DNA of 32,000 nucleotides from an uncultured archaeon (GTDB lineage: Archaea > Iainarchaeota > Iainarchaeia > Iainarchaeales > DATDZZ01). The notes beneath the pieces were generated by a model. It worked only from the letters and a program-made list of their open reading frames with translations. It was not told where the DNA came from and searched no databases. This document shows, in pieces, positions 1-8,330 of this stretch. The first letter of the stretch is position 1; each line of letters starts with the position of its first letter. The DNA is taken from the NCBI GenBank assembly GCA_964373795.1, contig CAYJVY010000006.1, positions 30,001 to 62,000 on the forward strand. The letters are read 5' to 3'. The position numbers and the translations under genes are program-made.

Positions 1-883
1 CTCTAAGCAATGCAGGGTCTAAAATATCTATTCTGTTTGTTGCAGCAATTATTTTCACGTTTTTCACTTCATTAAATCCATCAATTTCAGCCAATAATTG
101 CATTAAAGTTCTTTGAACTTCTCTGTCTCCTCCAGTTGTTGCATCAAGTCTTTGCGCGCCAATTGAATCAATTTCATCAATGAAAATAATTGAATGCTTT
201 TTTTCTTTAGCCATTTTAAATACATCTCTTACTAGTTTTGCTCCTTCCCCAATATATTTTCTTACTAACTCTGAACCAGTTATTCCAATAAAAGTTGAAT
301 TAGTTGCATTTGCAACAGCCTTTGCAAGCATTGTTTTACCAGTTCCAGGTTCACCGTACAATAAAACTCCGCATGGAGGTTCAATGCCTATTTCTTCAAA
401 TTTTTTTGGATGAGTTAAAGGTAAAATAATTGCTTCTTCTAATTCAAGAATTTCTTTTCTCAATCCCCCAATTTCTTTAAAAGTTACTTTAGGTTTTTCA
501 ACTATCTCCATTGCTCTTGCTCTATAATCAGTTGACTCAGTTAATATTTCCACTAAACTTAAATTTCTTTGATTCAAAGCAACCCTTAAACCGCTTTTAA
601 CCTTGCTCTTAAATTCTTCAGTTAAACTAATTAATAATTCAATTCCATTAGAGTTTTTTACAACTAATTTGTCTTCCATTACTTCTTGAATTACTCCAAC
701 AATTAAAGGAGGTTCTCTTAATTCTTTTAATTCTTTTTGAAGCCTATTCAACTCACTTTCAATCTGAGAATGCTTCATTGAATTCAATTGTTTTTCTTGT
801 TCTAGAACTCGAATTTTTTCCTCTAAAGTAAACACATAATCATATATGTTGAAAGGGGCTTTCTTAACCTCAACTTCACTCAT
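1..883 (-). CDS. pan: Proteasome-activating nucleotidase (AAA+ ATPase), N-terminal ~294 aa; C-terminus lies outside the window
   Basis: Minus-strand ORF open to the window edge with ATG at 883; it is truncated and absent from the ORF track. Hand translation gives [33 protein letters not shown]... (coiled coil), then the AAA+ core with Walker A GEPGTGKT, Walker B IIFIDEID, and [17 protein letters not shown]. This is the typical PAN/Rpt architecture. Confidence 0.9.
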   Translation of the reverse strand, partial: MSEVEVKKAPFNIYDYVFTLEEKIRVLEQEKQLNSMKHSQIESELNRLQKELKELREPPLIVGVIQEVMEDKLVVKNSNGIELLISLTEEFKSKVKSGLRVALNQRNLSLVEILTESTDYRARAMEIVEKPKVTFKEIGGLRKEILELEEAIILPLTHPKKFEEIGIEPPCGVLLYGEPGTGKTMLAKAVANATNSTFIGITGSELVRKYIGEGAKLVRDVFKMAKEKKHSIIFIDEIDSIGAQRLDATTGGDREVQRTLMQLLAEIDGFNEVKNVKIIAATNRIDILDPALLR

Positions 884-986
884 TAAATTCCCTCACAGAA
901 TAATTATATTACGCGAACAATGTATTTAAAGCTAACGATTTTAATAATATTTAGAGCAAAAATTAGTTCAAAAATTTAGTGATTTA

Positions 987-1220
987 ATGTATTTACAAAA
1001 CTTGATTGAAGAAATAATTTTTTCCACAATAATATCAATTTTTGTGCTTGGAATTATTTTTATTGGCGAAAACTCAATTTTTTTAAATGCAGACAAATCA
1101 ATTAATTATAGTTTGCTGGCAATAATGTTCGCAGTATTTTTTTTAATTATTTTTGTTTTACTTCATTATATTTCTGGTGGAAAGATAGGTGAATTTCCAA
1201 ACGATCCTTGGCTGCCATAA
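987..1220 (+). CDS. Small hypothetical membrane protein (77 aa, two predicted TM helices)
   Basis: ATG ORF with two hydrophobic stretches (IIFSTIISIFVLGIIFI and LLAIMFAVFFLIIFVLL). It is preceded by AGTGATTT-A-ATG, nearly the same SD-like leader as the neighbouring aMBF1 gene, which argues it is translated. Confidence 0.5.
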   Translation: MYLQNLIEEIIFSTIISIFVLGIIFIGENSIFLNADKSINYSLLAIMFAVFFLIIFVLLHYISGGKIGEFPNDPWLP

Positions 1221-1246
1221 AATGAATTGAAAAATTAAGTGATTTC

Positions 1247-1729
1247 ATGCCTTGCGAAATTTGTGGAGAAATATTAACTCAGGAAAGAAAAATTGAATTA
1301 GATGGACTAGTTTTTCTTGTATGCGAGAAATGTGTTCACCACGGCAGAGAATTAATTGAACGCCCGCAAACAAATAAAAAACAATTCAAAGCATTTGATT
1401 TAAGCAAGCAAGTAAAACACGAAATGCAAAGCGATAAAACTGAATTAATTCAAGATTATGGCAAGCAAATAAAAACAGCAAGAGAAAAAAAAGGTTTAAC
1501 AATTGAGGATTTAGCAAAAAAAGTATTCGAAAAAAAATCTTTTCTGCACAGAATTGAATCACAAAACGCAGTGCCATCAGATGAATTAATTAAAAAACTT
1601 GAAAAAGAATTAAATATTTCTCTTACAACAACAGTAAATGAAGTAGAATTAAATGAATTTGAAAGCCAAAAAGGAATGACTTTAGCTGATTTAATTGATA
1701 AAAAGATTTCAGAGCAAAAAAAGAATTAA
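1247..1729 (+). CDS. mbf1: Archaeal multiprotein bridging factor 1 (aMBF1): N-terminal zinc ribbon plus C-terminal Cro/C1-type HTH
   Basis: CEICG...CEKC zinc-ribbon pairs at the N-terminus. HTH_3-like segment IKTAREKKGLTIEDLAKKVFEKKSFLHRIESQNAVPSDELIKKLEKEL. The ~160 aa length is typical of aMBF1. Confidence 0.8.
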   Translation: MPCEICGEILTQERKIELDGLVFLVCEKCVHHGRELIERPQTNKKQFKAFDLSKQVKHEMQSDKTELIQDYGKQIKTAREKKGLTIEDLAKKVFEKKSFLHRIESQNAVPSDELIKKLEKELNISLTTTVNEVELNEFESQKGMTLADLIDKKISEQKKN

Positions 1730-1738
1730 TGTGAATAA

Positions 1739-3136
1739 ATGATTTTAGAAATACTAGCAGGATTTTTACTTGTATCACTTATATTTACCTACATTTTAAA
1801 GCATTTTAACATCGGAGAAACTCATGTCATTATTACTTTGCTTCGATCTAAAAAAGCAGTAAAATTTTTTGATTTGTTCACTAAACCAAAACGCTTGCTT
1901 GAATTAATTGCTGACTTTGGATTAATTATTGGCTTTGGAGCAATAGGAGTAGATTATTTATTTGGCAGAAAACTTTCACTTGTAAAAAGAATTGCATTAT
2001 TTTTTGTTGCAGCAATTTTTTTTACTGCATTTTTTTTCTTTATTCTTTCACCTTTTTTTAAAAACCCTTTAATTGAAAACGATTATTCAATGCTTTTCTC
2101 GTTTTTTTTTGGCATTGCAGGTTTTTCTGGATTAATTTTAGTTACTTTAATTGTTTCAGGAATTGAAATTATTTTCAGAACTCTTTCAGGGGAAAAAACT
2201 TGTCCAGCTGTAGCCCCAGTAATCCCTGGAGTTGAAATTCCTAATGTTCCAATAACTGTTCCATTGCATGGATGGATTTCATTATTATTAATTTTAATTA
2301 TTCATGAAGGAAGCCATGGAATTTTAATGAGAAAAGTTAAATTAACTGTTAAATCCACTGGAATTATTTTGCTTGGCTTTCTCCCAATTGGGGCATTTGT
2401 TGAGCCAGAAGACAAGGAATTAAAAAAATTAAACAAATTAGATGCAGTAAGAATTTTTACGTCTGGAGCAACAGCTAATTTTCTTGCGTTCATTGTATTT
2501 GGATTTCTTTCCCTGCTTGCAATAGTTTTCCTAGTAAACCCTTTTCTTGTTCCAACATTTGATTCATTGAATAGAATGTCTATTCAAGGAATTCAAATAG
2601 GGGAAATGCAAGAATTCTCTGAATTATGTGGAGTCAAATACTCTAATTCTGCTTTTGGAAAACTCTTGCCTGGAATGAAGTTATTAGAAGTTGAAGGACA
2701 AAAAATTCAAATTTTTTCTGACTTCATTAAACACTCTCAAGGAAAAAAAGAAGTAAAAGTCAAACTCAAATCCTTGGATGGAAAAATAGTTGAAGAAACT
2801 CTTTCAAGAAATAAGTTAAACTTGTTTGGTTTTACAGTTAAACCAATTCCAAATCCTGATTTTGAAATGCCTTTTCATTTCACAGTAATTGGAATTGTTT
2901 TCAGTTTTCTTGCATCATTTATTTTATGGTTTGTTTTATTGAATTTAATGGTTTCACTTGTAAACTTTTTGCCTACAGAACCATTTGACGGAGGCAAGAT
3001 TGCAAAAATAGTTTTCACTGAATACTTAGGTTTTACTGGTTGGAGTCAAGAATTTAAAGAAAAAATTATTTCCAGATTCTTTGGAATTGGAACACTAATT
3101 CTTTTACTAATAAATATAATGCCTTTATTTCTTTAG
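1739..3136 (+). CDS. Site-2 protease family (peptidase M50) intramembrane zinc metalloprotease with an inserted PDZ-like segment
   Basis: Multi-TM protein with HExxH in a TM helix (LILIIHEGSHGILM) and the second M50 motif near the C-terminus (LVNFLPTEPFDGGKI). The soluble insert around residues 285-365 looks PDZ-like. It starts 9 nt after the mbf1 stop. Confidence 0.85.
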   Translation: MILEILAGFLLVSLIFTYILKHFNIGETHVIITLLRSKKAVKFFDLFTKPKRLLELIADFGLIIGFGAIGVDYLFGRKLSLVKRIALFFVAAIFFTAFFFFILSPFFKNPLIENDYSMLFSFFFGIAGFSGLILVTLIVSGIEIIFRTLSGEKTCPAVAPVIPGVEIPNVPITVPLHGWISLLLILIIHEGSHGILMRKVKLTVKSTGIILLGFLPIGAFVEPEDKELKKLNKLDAVRIFTSGATANFLAFIVFGFLSLLAIVFLVNPFLVPTFDSLNRMSIQGIQIGEMQEFSELCGVKYSNSAFGKLLPGMKLLEVEGQKIQIFSDFIKHSQGKKEVKVKLKSLDGKIVEETLSRNKLNLFGFTVKPIPNPDFEMPFHFTVIGIVFSFLASFILWFVLLNLMVSLVNFLPTEPFDGGKIAKIVFTEYLGFTGWSQEFKEKIISRFFGIGTLILLLINIMPLFL

Positions 3137-3181
3137 AAATTAAATTATTTATAAATAGCTTTTTGAAAAAATAAAAAAAAG

Positions 3182-3226
3182 ATAGAAAGAATATCTTTCT
3201 TTTGCCGGGTAAAATATTCTTTCTAT
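3182..3226. terminator. 13-bp perfect inverted repeat between convergent genes, flanked by oligo-T runs on both strands; candidate bidirectional terminator
   Basis: ATAGAAAGAATAT (3182-3194) pairs with ATATTCTTTCTAT (3214-3226). A nested hairpin AGAAAGA-ATA-TCTTTCT lies at 3184-3200. On the minus strand a T8 run (3171-3178, A8 on the plus strand) lies just past the left arm, downstream of ftsZ. On the plus strand a T5 run follows the M50 stop. The right arm overlaps the ftsZ TAG stop. Confidence 0.4.
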
Positions 3227-4305
3227 TTAATATAATCTAAGTCTAATTCTCTGTCTCTTCCGTAATAGTTTTTTGAGGATTTATTGTTGTTTGAATCAGG
3301 TCCTTTAATGTATGGGCTGTGAACTCCTGTAAAGATTGTAATGATTTCAATTTTGTTTTCAAAAGTTGGATCAACTCTTGCACCCCAAATTACTACTGCT
3401 TTTGGATCAATTTTATCAGTTAATCTTTCACCAATAGAGTTTGCTTCTCCTAAAGTCAATTCAGGTCCACCAGTAATGTGAATTAATGCTCCTGTTGCTC
3501 CGGCAATATCAACGTCTAATAAAGCGTTTTTCAAAGTATCTTCAACTACTTCGTTTACTTTATCAACTGACTTTGACTCTCCTACAGCAATAACGCTTAA
3601 TCCTTTATTACTCATTACTGATCTAACATCAGCATAATCTAAGTTAATTAAACTTGGCTGAGTAATTGTTTCAGTTATTCCTCTAACTGTTCTAGCAATA
3701 ACTTCATCAGCTACTCTGAAAGCGTCTTGAATTGGCAAGTTTGGAACTAATTCAACTAATCTATTATTGTCAATTACTACAACTGTATCAGTAACTTTTC
3801 TTAAAGTTTCAATTCCTTCTTCTGCTTTAATTAATCTAGCTTTTTCTAAAGCAAAAGGGTAAGTTACAATTGCAATAACAATTGCTCCTTGATCTTTAGC
3901 AATTTCTGCAATAATTGGAGCTGCTCCAGTTCCAGTTCCTCCTCCCATTCCGCATGAAAGAAATAACATGTCTACTCCACTTAAAATTTCTTCCAAAGAT
4001 TGTCTTGAAACCTCTGCAGCTTTTGCACCAATTTCAGGATAACCTCCAGTTCCTAATCCTCTAGTAACACTTTTACCAATTAACACTTTAGTCAATTCAT
4101 CATTAATGATTGCCAAGTGTTGTTTATCAGTGTTAACAGCTACTAGTTGAGCGCCACTAATGCCCATATTAGCCAATCTATTTACCGCATTACAACCTGC
4201 TCCTCCAGCACCAATAACCATTATCTTCGGAGCTCCAAATTCTTCAACATGCTCCTCAGTTTTAGTGTCTGTCTTTTGCATTGCGTCCGAAACTAAGCTT
4301 TTCAT
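3223..4305 (-). CDS. ftsZ: Cell division GTPase FtsZ
   Basis: Tubulin/FtsZ signature GMGGGTGTGAAP, N-terminal VIGAGGAGCNAVNRL, and the NTD...L and DFADV-like (LDYADVRSVM) motifs. The track start at 4308 is a TTG. I prefer the ATG at 4305, which is preceded by GGGGTGG (SD-like) 8 nt upstream. Confidence 0.95.
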   Translation of the reverse strand: MKSLVSDAMQKTDTKTEEHVEEFGAPKIMVIGAGGAGCNAVNRLANMGISGAQLVAVNTDKQHLAIINDELTKVLIGKSVTRGLGTGGYPEIGAKAAEVSRQSLEEILSGVDMLFLSCGMGGGTGTGAAPIIAEIAKDQGAIVIAIVTYPFALEKARLIKAEEGIETLRKVTDTVVVIDNNRLVELVPNLPIQDAFRVADEVIARTVRGITETITQPSLINLDYADVRSVMSNKGLSVIAVGESKSVDKVNEVVEDTLKNALLDVDIAGATGALIHITGGPELTLGEANSIGERLTDKIDPKAVVIWGARVDPTFENKIEIITIFTGVHSPYIKGPDSNNNKSSKNYYGRDRELDLDYIK

Positions 4306-4523
4306 CAAAATACCACCCCTTAACCATTTAAAACGGTTAAATTAGTTTAAAAAAATACAAATTTTAGTAAAAAAATTTGTTTATAATAATTAATCCTAAC
4401 TTATTTAAATACTTTTCGGTTGAAGAGCTCTAATAAGGCTTTTTTTTCAAAAAAGCCCAAAATAAACGTTTTTTCCATTCAATTTCTTCTCCAAAATTAG
4501 CTTGTCAATTCATGGTTTAAATG

Positions 4524-4539
4524 GAAAAGTTAATAAAGT
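4524..4539 (+). promoter_or_regulatory. Candidate BRE/TATA promoter for the SRP RNA gene
   Basis: The purine-rich stretch GGAAAAG is followed by TTAATAAAG, centred about 25-30 nt upstream of the first G-rich nucleotides of the SRP RNA (about 4561). The call rests on position and composition only. Confidence 0.35.
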
Positions 4540-4560
4540 TCTTATGTATAATTATTATTG

Positions 4561-4866
4561 TGGGCTAGGCTGGGCGGGTAGCAGTCGCCTTTTCTGGAAA
4601 TCTGCTTATGCCAGAGCCGAAGCTTGAAGGGCAGCTAAAGAACTGTGTTTAAGCCTGTTATTTTAGCCGTAGATCCTCTGTCCTTTAAGATTGTGTGTTC
4701 AAGTGAACCCCGCCAGACCTGGAAGGGTGCAACGGTAGCTTTTACATTTAATGCTTAAGGGGAAGCGGGGGGGAGGCGAATAACAGTTCACTTTTTCATG
4801 GTTTCTTTTTCTCACCTTTGAGCGTGCCCGCATTCTTCAATTAACGAACTCCGTGCATCCACGCTT
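4561..4866 (+). ncRNA. ffs: Archaeal signal recognition particle RNA (7S/SRP RNA); the 3' boundary is uncertain by about 30 nt
   Basis: An isolated G+C-rich island sits in an AT-rich spacer that has no ORF. The 5' Alu-domain sequence GGGCUAGGCUGGGCGGG...UAUGCCAGAGCCGAAGCUUGAAGGGCAG resembles archaeal SRP RNAs. The helix-8 core AACCCCGCCAGACCUGGAAGGGUGCAACGGUAGC (4706-4739) matches the conserved CCAGGCCCGGAAGGGAGCAACGGUAG motif. Distal pairing partners are GAACUGU/AACAGUUC, GCGGG/CCCGC and GUGG/CCAC. The ~306 nt length is typical. Confidence 0.8.
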
Positions 4867-5052
4867 AAAACATTCTTAATAAAATAGAAAAACTGTTTAA
4901 AATAGGTTTTAACTAATTCTAAACTCAAAAACAAGGCATTTCATCTTTTGAGGCGCGGATTTAGTATCTAGATTTGTTATGTATATTGTTCTTTTTGTTT
5001 GATTAATTTTTTAATGCATATAATTTAAAGTTTTTAGCTGCCTGTTTTTCTC

Positions 5053-5562
5053 ATGAAAGTAATTCTTTACATGGCTGTAACTGCTAATGGTTTAATTGCT
5101 CGCGAAGATGATTCAGCAGATTTTGTTTCCAAAACATCTTGGAAAAGCTATTTAAAAAAAGTTAGAGAATCAGATTATGCTGTTATAGGTAAAAGAACAT
5201 ATGAAATTATGCCTGTTGAAGAATTTATTAAAGAAACAAAATATTTAGTTTTTACACATGTCTTGAGTTTGGAAAAAAAGGTTAAAAATGTTGAATTTAC
5301 AAACAAACCCCTTAAAGATGTTTTACATGAACTTAAAAATAAGGGGGTAAAAAAAGCCGCCATTTTTGGTGGCGGAAAACTGAATGCTTCTTTTATGGCT
5401 CAAAATTTAGTGGATGAAATTTTTTTGGATGTAATGTCAATAGTTCTTGGAAAAGGAATTCCATTATTTAATGGCGAAAATTTTGAAGCAAAATTAAAAC
5501 TGTTAGGCGTGAAAAAGCTTTCAGCAAATGAAATGCAGTTGCATTTTAAAGTGAAAAAATAG
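5053..5562 (+). CDS. RibD C-terminal domain / dihydrofolate-reductase-like family protein
   Basis: 169 aa. The N-terminus MKVILYMAVTANGLIARED, then AVIGKRTYEIMP, and a C-terminal IFGGGKLNASFMAQNLVDEIFLDVMSIVLGKGIPLF are characteristic of the RibD_C/DHFR-like reductase fold. Confidence 0.7.
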   Translation: MKVILYMAVTANGLIAREDDSADFVSKTSWKSYLKKVRESDYAVIGKRTYEIMPVEEFIKETKYLVFTHVLSLEKKVKNVEFTNKPLKDVLHELKNKGVKKAAIFGGGKLNASFMAQNLVDEIFLDVMSIVLGKGIPLFNGENFEAKLKLLGVKKLSANEMQLHFKVKK

Positions 5563-5644
5563 TTTTTCCAGATTTAGTAGGAGATAATATTTAAATATTT
5601 AAAATCTTAGTTATATTTTTATATCTTGGAAGAGTAAATTCTTT

Positions 5645-6808
5645 ATGCGTAAAAGGCCTGACAGAAAAATTCGTCTTCAAGGAAGCCAAAGAGCAAATAC
5701 TTTGAGGATAGCATTAAGGCGTGCTCAAAGTGCTATAGAAATGGCTAAAGAAAGCGGGCATACAGGTATTGCTTTGGCCAGGGTTTTGGAAAGATTAATG
5801 TCAAAAGCAGAGAACCCTTATCTTAGAAGATTTTATGAAAAAGAAAGAGTTAAACTTCTTTTACAATTGGCAGAACAAAAAGCACAAAAAAAGGGTTTGA
5901 AAACTACTCAACCAGAAGTATCTTCTACTCAACTTCCTGGAAAAAGAAATGGAAAAGGCAGGCCTTTGAGTAGAGATGAATTTGATGCTAAAGTTACAAG
6001 TCTTTTGCGTGAAAAAAGATATGAAGAAGCTTTAGAAGAATTACGTATTGCTGGAGACAAGGATTGGATGCATGGCTTGCTAGTTCCTCCTAATATTTTT
6101 TCCAACAAACCAGAGATTGCAGCTAAATGGCTTATGACTACTGCTGGAATGTTTTTATCTTCTTGGCACGTTTTAAAAGGAAAAGATCATACTAAAGCCC
6201 TTGAATGTAAAGAAATAGCAATTGATTGTCTTGTACATGCTGAACAAATGTATACTAAAATTGGTACTAGAGATGCACTTGAAACAGCTGAAAGAAATAG
6301 GAAAAGAATTGAAGAGTTACGTGAAGAAAAAAATCTTGACTTTGATGACATTTTAATAGATTCTGAAGGCGAAGGAGAACAAGAATTATTTGGCGTTGAA
6401 GACCCATCTGAGCCTAAAAGGCCTTTTGAAAGGATTCCTCTTGGCATGATGGGTGAGAGATTGATTGCGGAAGGAAGATTTGAAGAAGGTTTAAGTGCTC
6501 TTTGGAATGGTAAAGCACATAATGAGTTATATACTGTTTTAACTACTAATGAGGATTTGCGCTCTAGTTTGAGGCCTACTAGAAGAGCTATATGGCTTGA
6601 AAGAACTTCTGATTTGTTTGATGAAGTTGTAAAAAGAACTGGAGAACTTGAAAAGCCAAAAGAATTTAGAACAAATGAAAAGCTTGCAATTGAGTGTTTG
6701 AGAATTGCTTTAAAAATTTTTTTCAGAATTAAGCAAAAATCAAGGCAAGATTTGAGTAAAATTGTTGCGCTAAATAAAAAAATTGCTGTACTTAAAAGAA
6801 GACCTTAA
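5645..6808 (+). CDS. Hypothetical alpha-helical, highly charged protein with an internal two-fold duplication
   Basis: 387-aa ATG ORF with no competing frame. It has a basic N-terminus (MRKRPDRKIRLQGSQRANTLRIALRR). Two related about 130-aa halves are visible: REKRYEEALEELRIAG...KEIAIDCLVHAEQMY versus AEGRFEEGLSALWNG...EKLAIECLRIALKIF. I recognise no family. Confidence 0.65.
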   Translation: MRKRPDRKIRLQGSQRANTLRIALRRAQSAIEMAKESGHTGIALARVLERLMSKAENPYLRRFYEKERVKLLLQLAEQKAQKKGLKTTQPEVSSTQLPGKRNGKGRPLSRDEFDAKVTSLLREKRYEEALEELRIAGDKDWMHGLLVPPNIFSNKPEIAAKWLMTTAGMFLSSWHVLKGKDHTKALECKEIAIDCLVHAEQMYTKIGTRDALETAERNRKRIEELREEKNLDFDDILIDSEGEGEQELFGVEDPSEPKRPFERIPLGMMGERLIAEGRFEEGLSALWNGKAHNELYTVLTTNEDLRSSLRPTRRAIWLERTSDLFDEVVKRTGELEKPKEFRTNEKLAIECLRIALKIFFRIKQKSRQDLSKIVALNKKIAVLKRRP

Positions 6809-6858
6809 AATTTAGTTTTCAGGAACTTATTTATATTGCTTTAAACATTTGATTTTAC

Positions 6859-7401
6859 ATGTTGCCTCATAAATATTTTGAAGTGTATTTGTTTACTGAT
6901 TTAAATGAGATGCCTTTTTTTGCAGAGCTTCCATATTTTTTGTGGGGGCCAATTAAATATAATTCGCTTGGAAACTCTAAAATCCCTAAAGACAAGCATT
7001 GGAGTGTATTAGATTTAGAGTCAAGAGAAGATAACAGAATGTTAAACATTTTTTTAGAAAAAAATGATAATAAAAAAGTTGACGCCAAATATGTTATTCA
7101 ATTAACTTCTTATTCTGATTCGCAGAAAATAAAAAAACAAAACATTAAAATAATTGAATCCACAATTGAAGATGCAGTTAAGGCAGCGATTTTAATAAAC
7201 AAGTATAGCCCTGTTAAAAAAATTTTGTTTGAAGGAAAAGAATTTTCTTTAGAAAAACTGCAAAAAGATTTTTTGCCAGGTTTTGACTTGCAAAAAGCAG
7301 AGGAAAATCTTTCACTAATTTTAAACCACTTTAATTCATTGGATGAAAAACTTAATTCTGTTTTGCATTGGAGTGAATGGAAATATCATAGACAGTTATA
7401 G
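6859..7401 (+). CDS. Hypothetical protein (180 aa)
   Basis: ATG ORF on the same strand as, and closely spaced with, its flanking unknown genes (50 nt and 35 nt gaps). No recognisable motif. Confidence 0.5.
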   Translation: MLPHKYFEVYLFTDLNEMPFFAELPYFLWGPIKYNSLGNSKIPKDKHWSVLDLESREDNRMLNIFLEKNDNKKVDAKYVIQLTSYSDSQKIKKQNIKIIESTIEDAVKAAILINKYSPVKKILFEGKEFSLEKLQKDFLPGFDLQKAEENLSLILNHFNSLDEKLNSVLHWSEWKYHRQL

Positions 7402-7436
7402 AAAACAATTTTAACTCTCTTAATCAATACTTTTTA

Positions 7437-8291
7437 ATGATTTGGCGAAAAAAAACCAATAATGTTTCTCGAGCTGAAAGAAGGCGAGTTTTAAAAGAAG
7501 GAAGAAAGCCTTTTTTTAAAAGAATTATTGGTAAACGAAAACTTGGATTAATTGGATTAGCATTGTTAGCTGCAATTGGTTTTGGAGTTGTAAAAGTTTA
7601 TTCAAAATTTGTAAAAGAAAAAGAAAAACCAGTGCCTGTTAGAGAATTGCCGCTTGAAAAACCAGAAAAATCATTGTTCAAAGTTGAAAGGTTTTCTTTT
7701 ACAAGAAATTTTTCTTCAGAAGAAATCGAGGAAACAAAAGCGTTAGCAGATATTGCTTCAACTTTATTGTTTTCAAATGATCCTGAATTGAAAGACAAAT
7801 TAAGTGGAAGAAGAGTTTCACTCATGTTTGCTAATGGATTAGAACAACTTGAAGCTGAAGACCCTATTGCAGCTAAAACACTTAAAGATACTGGTGCAGA
7901 TTCTGCAACGGTTTTTATTGGAACTAAAGAACATTTTACTCAAATAGTTATATTTAATTTAGCTGCCAGAAAAAACAGGGGAGAATTTATTGCTTCATTT
8001 GTTCACGAAGTTGGAGGGCATTTGCCTTTCCAAGAACAAGTAGTTATGGCTGCAACCATTGGTGGCAGAGTTGTTAGAGCTAAAGAAGAAGTTAAAGCAT
8101 TCCAGTACAGTGTTTCAAAATTAAGCGAAATAATTGAAGACATGAAAAGAAGAAAAGAAAAATTTCAAGTAAGTGATAGTTTGTATGATGAGACAATTCA
8201 ACAATTAGAGGGCGCGCTTCAAGAAGAAATGCGTTTAAGAGACAAGTGGATTGGGATTTTGGGAAACATGCAAAATGAACGTGAAAAATAA
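7437..8291 (+). CDS. Hypothetical N-terminally membrane-anchored protein with an HExxH motif (possible zincin-like metallopeptidase)
   Basis: A basic N-terminus is followed by one TM helix (LGLIGLALLAAIGFGVVKVY) and a ~220-aa domain containing FVHEVGGHLPFQEQ (HExxH). Acidic residues lie about 25 aa downstream (AKEEVKAF). No other family signature was recognised. Confidence 0.6.
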   Translation: MIWRKKTNNVSRAERRRVLKEGRKPFFKRIIGKRKLGLIGLALLAAIGFGVVKVYSKFVKEKEKPVPVRELPLEKPEKSLFKVERFSFTRNFSSEEIEETKALADIASTLLFSNDPELKDKLSGRRVSLMFANGLEQLEAEDPIAAKTLKDTGADSATVFIGTKEHFTQIVIFNLAARKNRGEFIASFVHEVGGHLPFQEQVVMAATIGGRVVRAKEEVKAFQYSVSKLSEIIEDMKRRKEKFQVSDSLYDETIQQLEGALQEEMRLRDKWIGILGNMQNEREK

Positions 8292-8330
8292 TTTACATTT
8301 CGCCTAATTCTCTTAATTTTGCATAGCAAT

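Noticed and set aside
4436-4459. Palindrome GGCTTTTTTTTCAAAAAAGCC upstream of ftsZ, as a possible terminator or operator
   Set aside because: It is an A/T-only stem apart from the GGC/GCC clamp and lies upstream, not downstream, of ftsZ. No gene ends nearby on the plus strand. Such a low-complexity palindrome is expected by chance in AT-rich spacers.
4867-5052. A possible second small RNA downstream of the SRP RNA
   Set aside because: The region is AT-rich with no G+C island, no convincing extended helices and no recognisable conserved motif. It is most likely a spacer plus the promoter of the 5053 gene.
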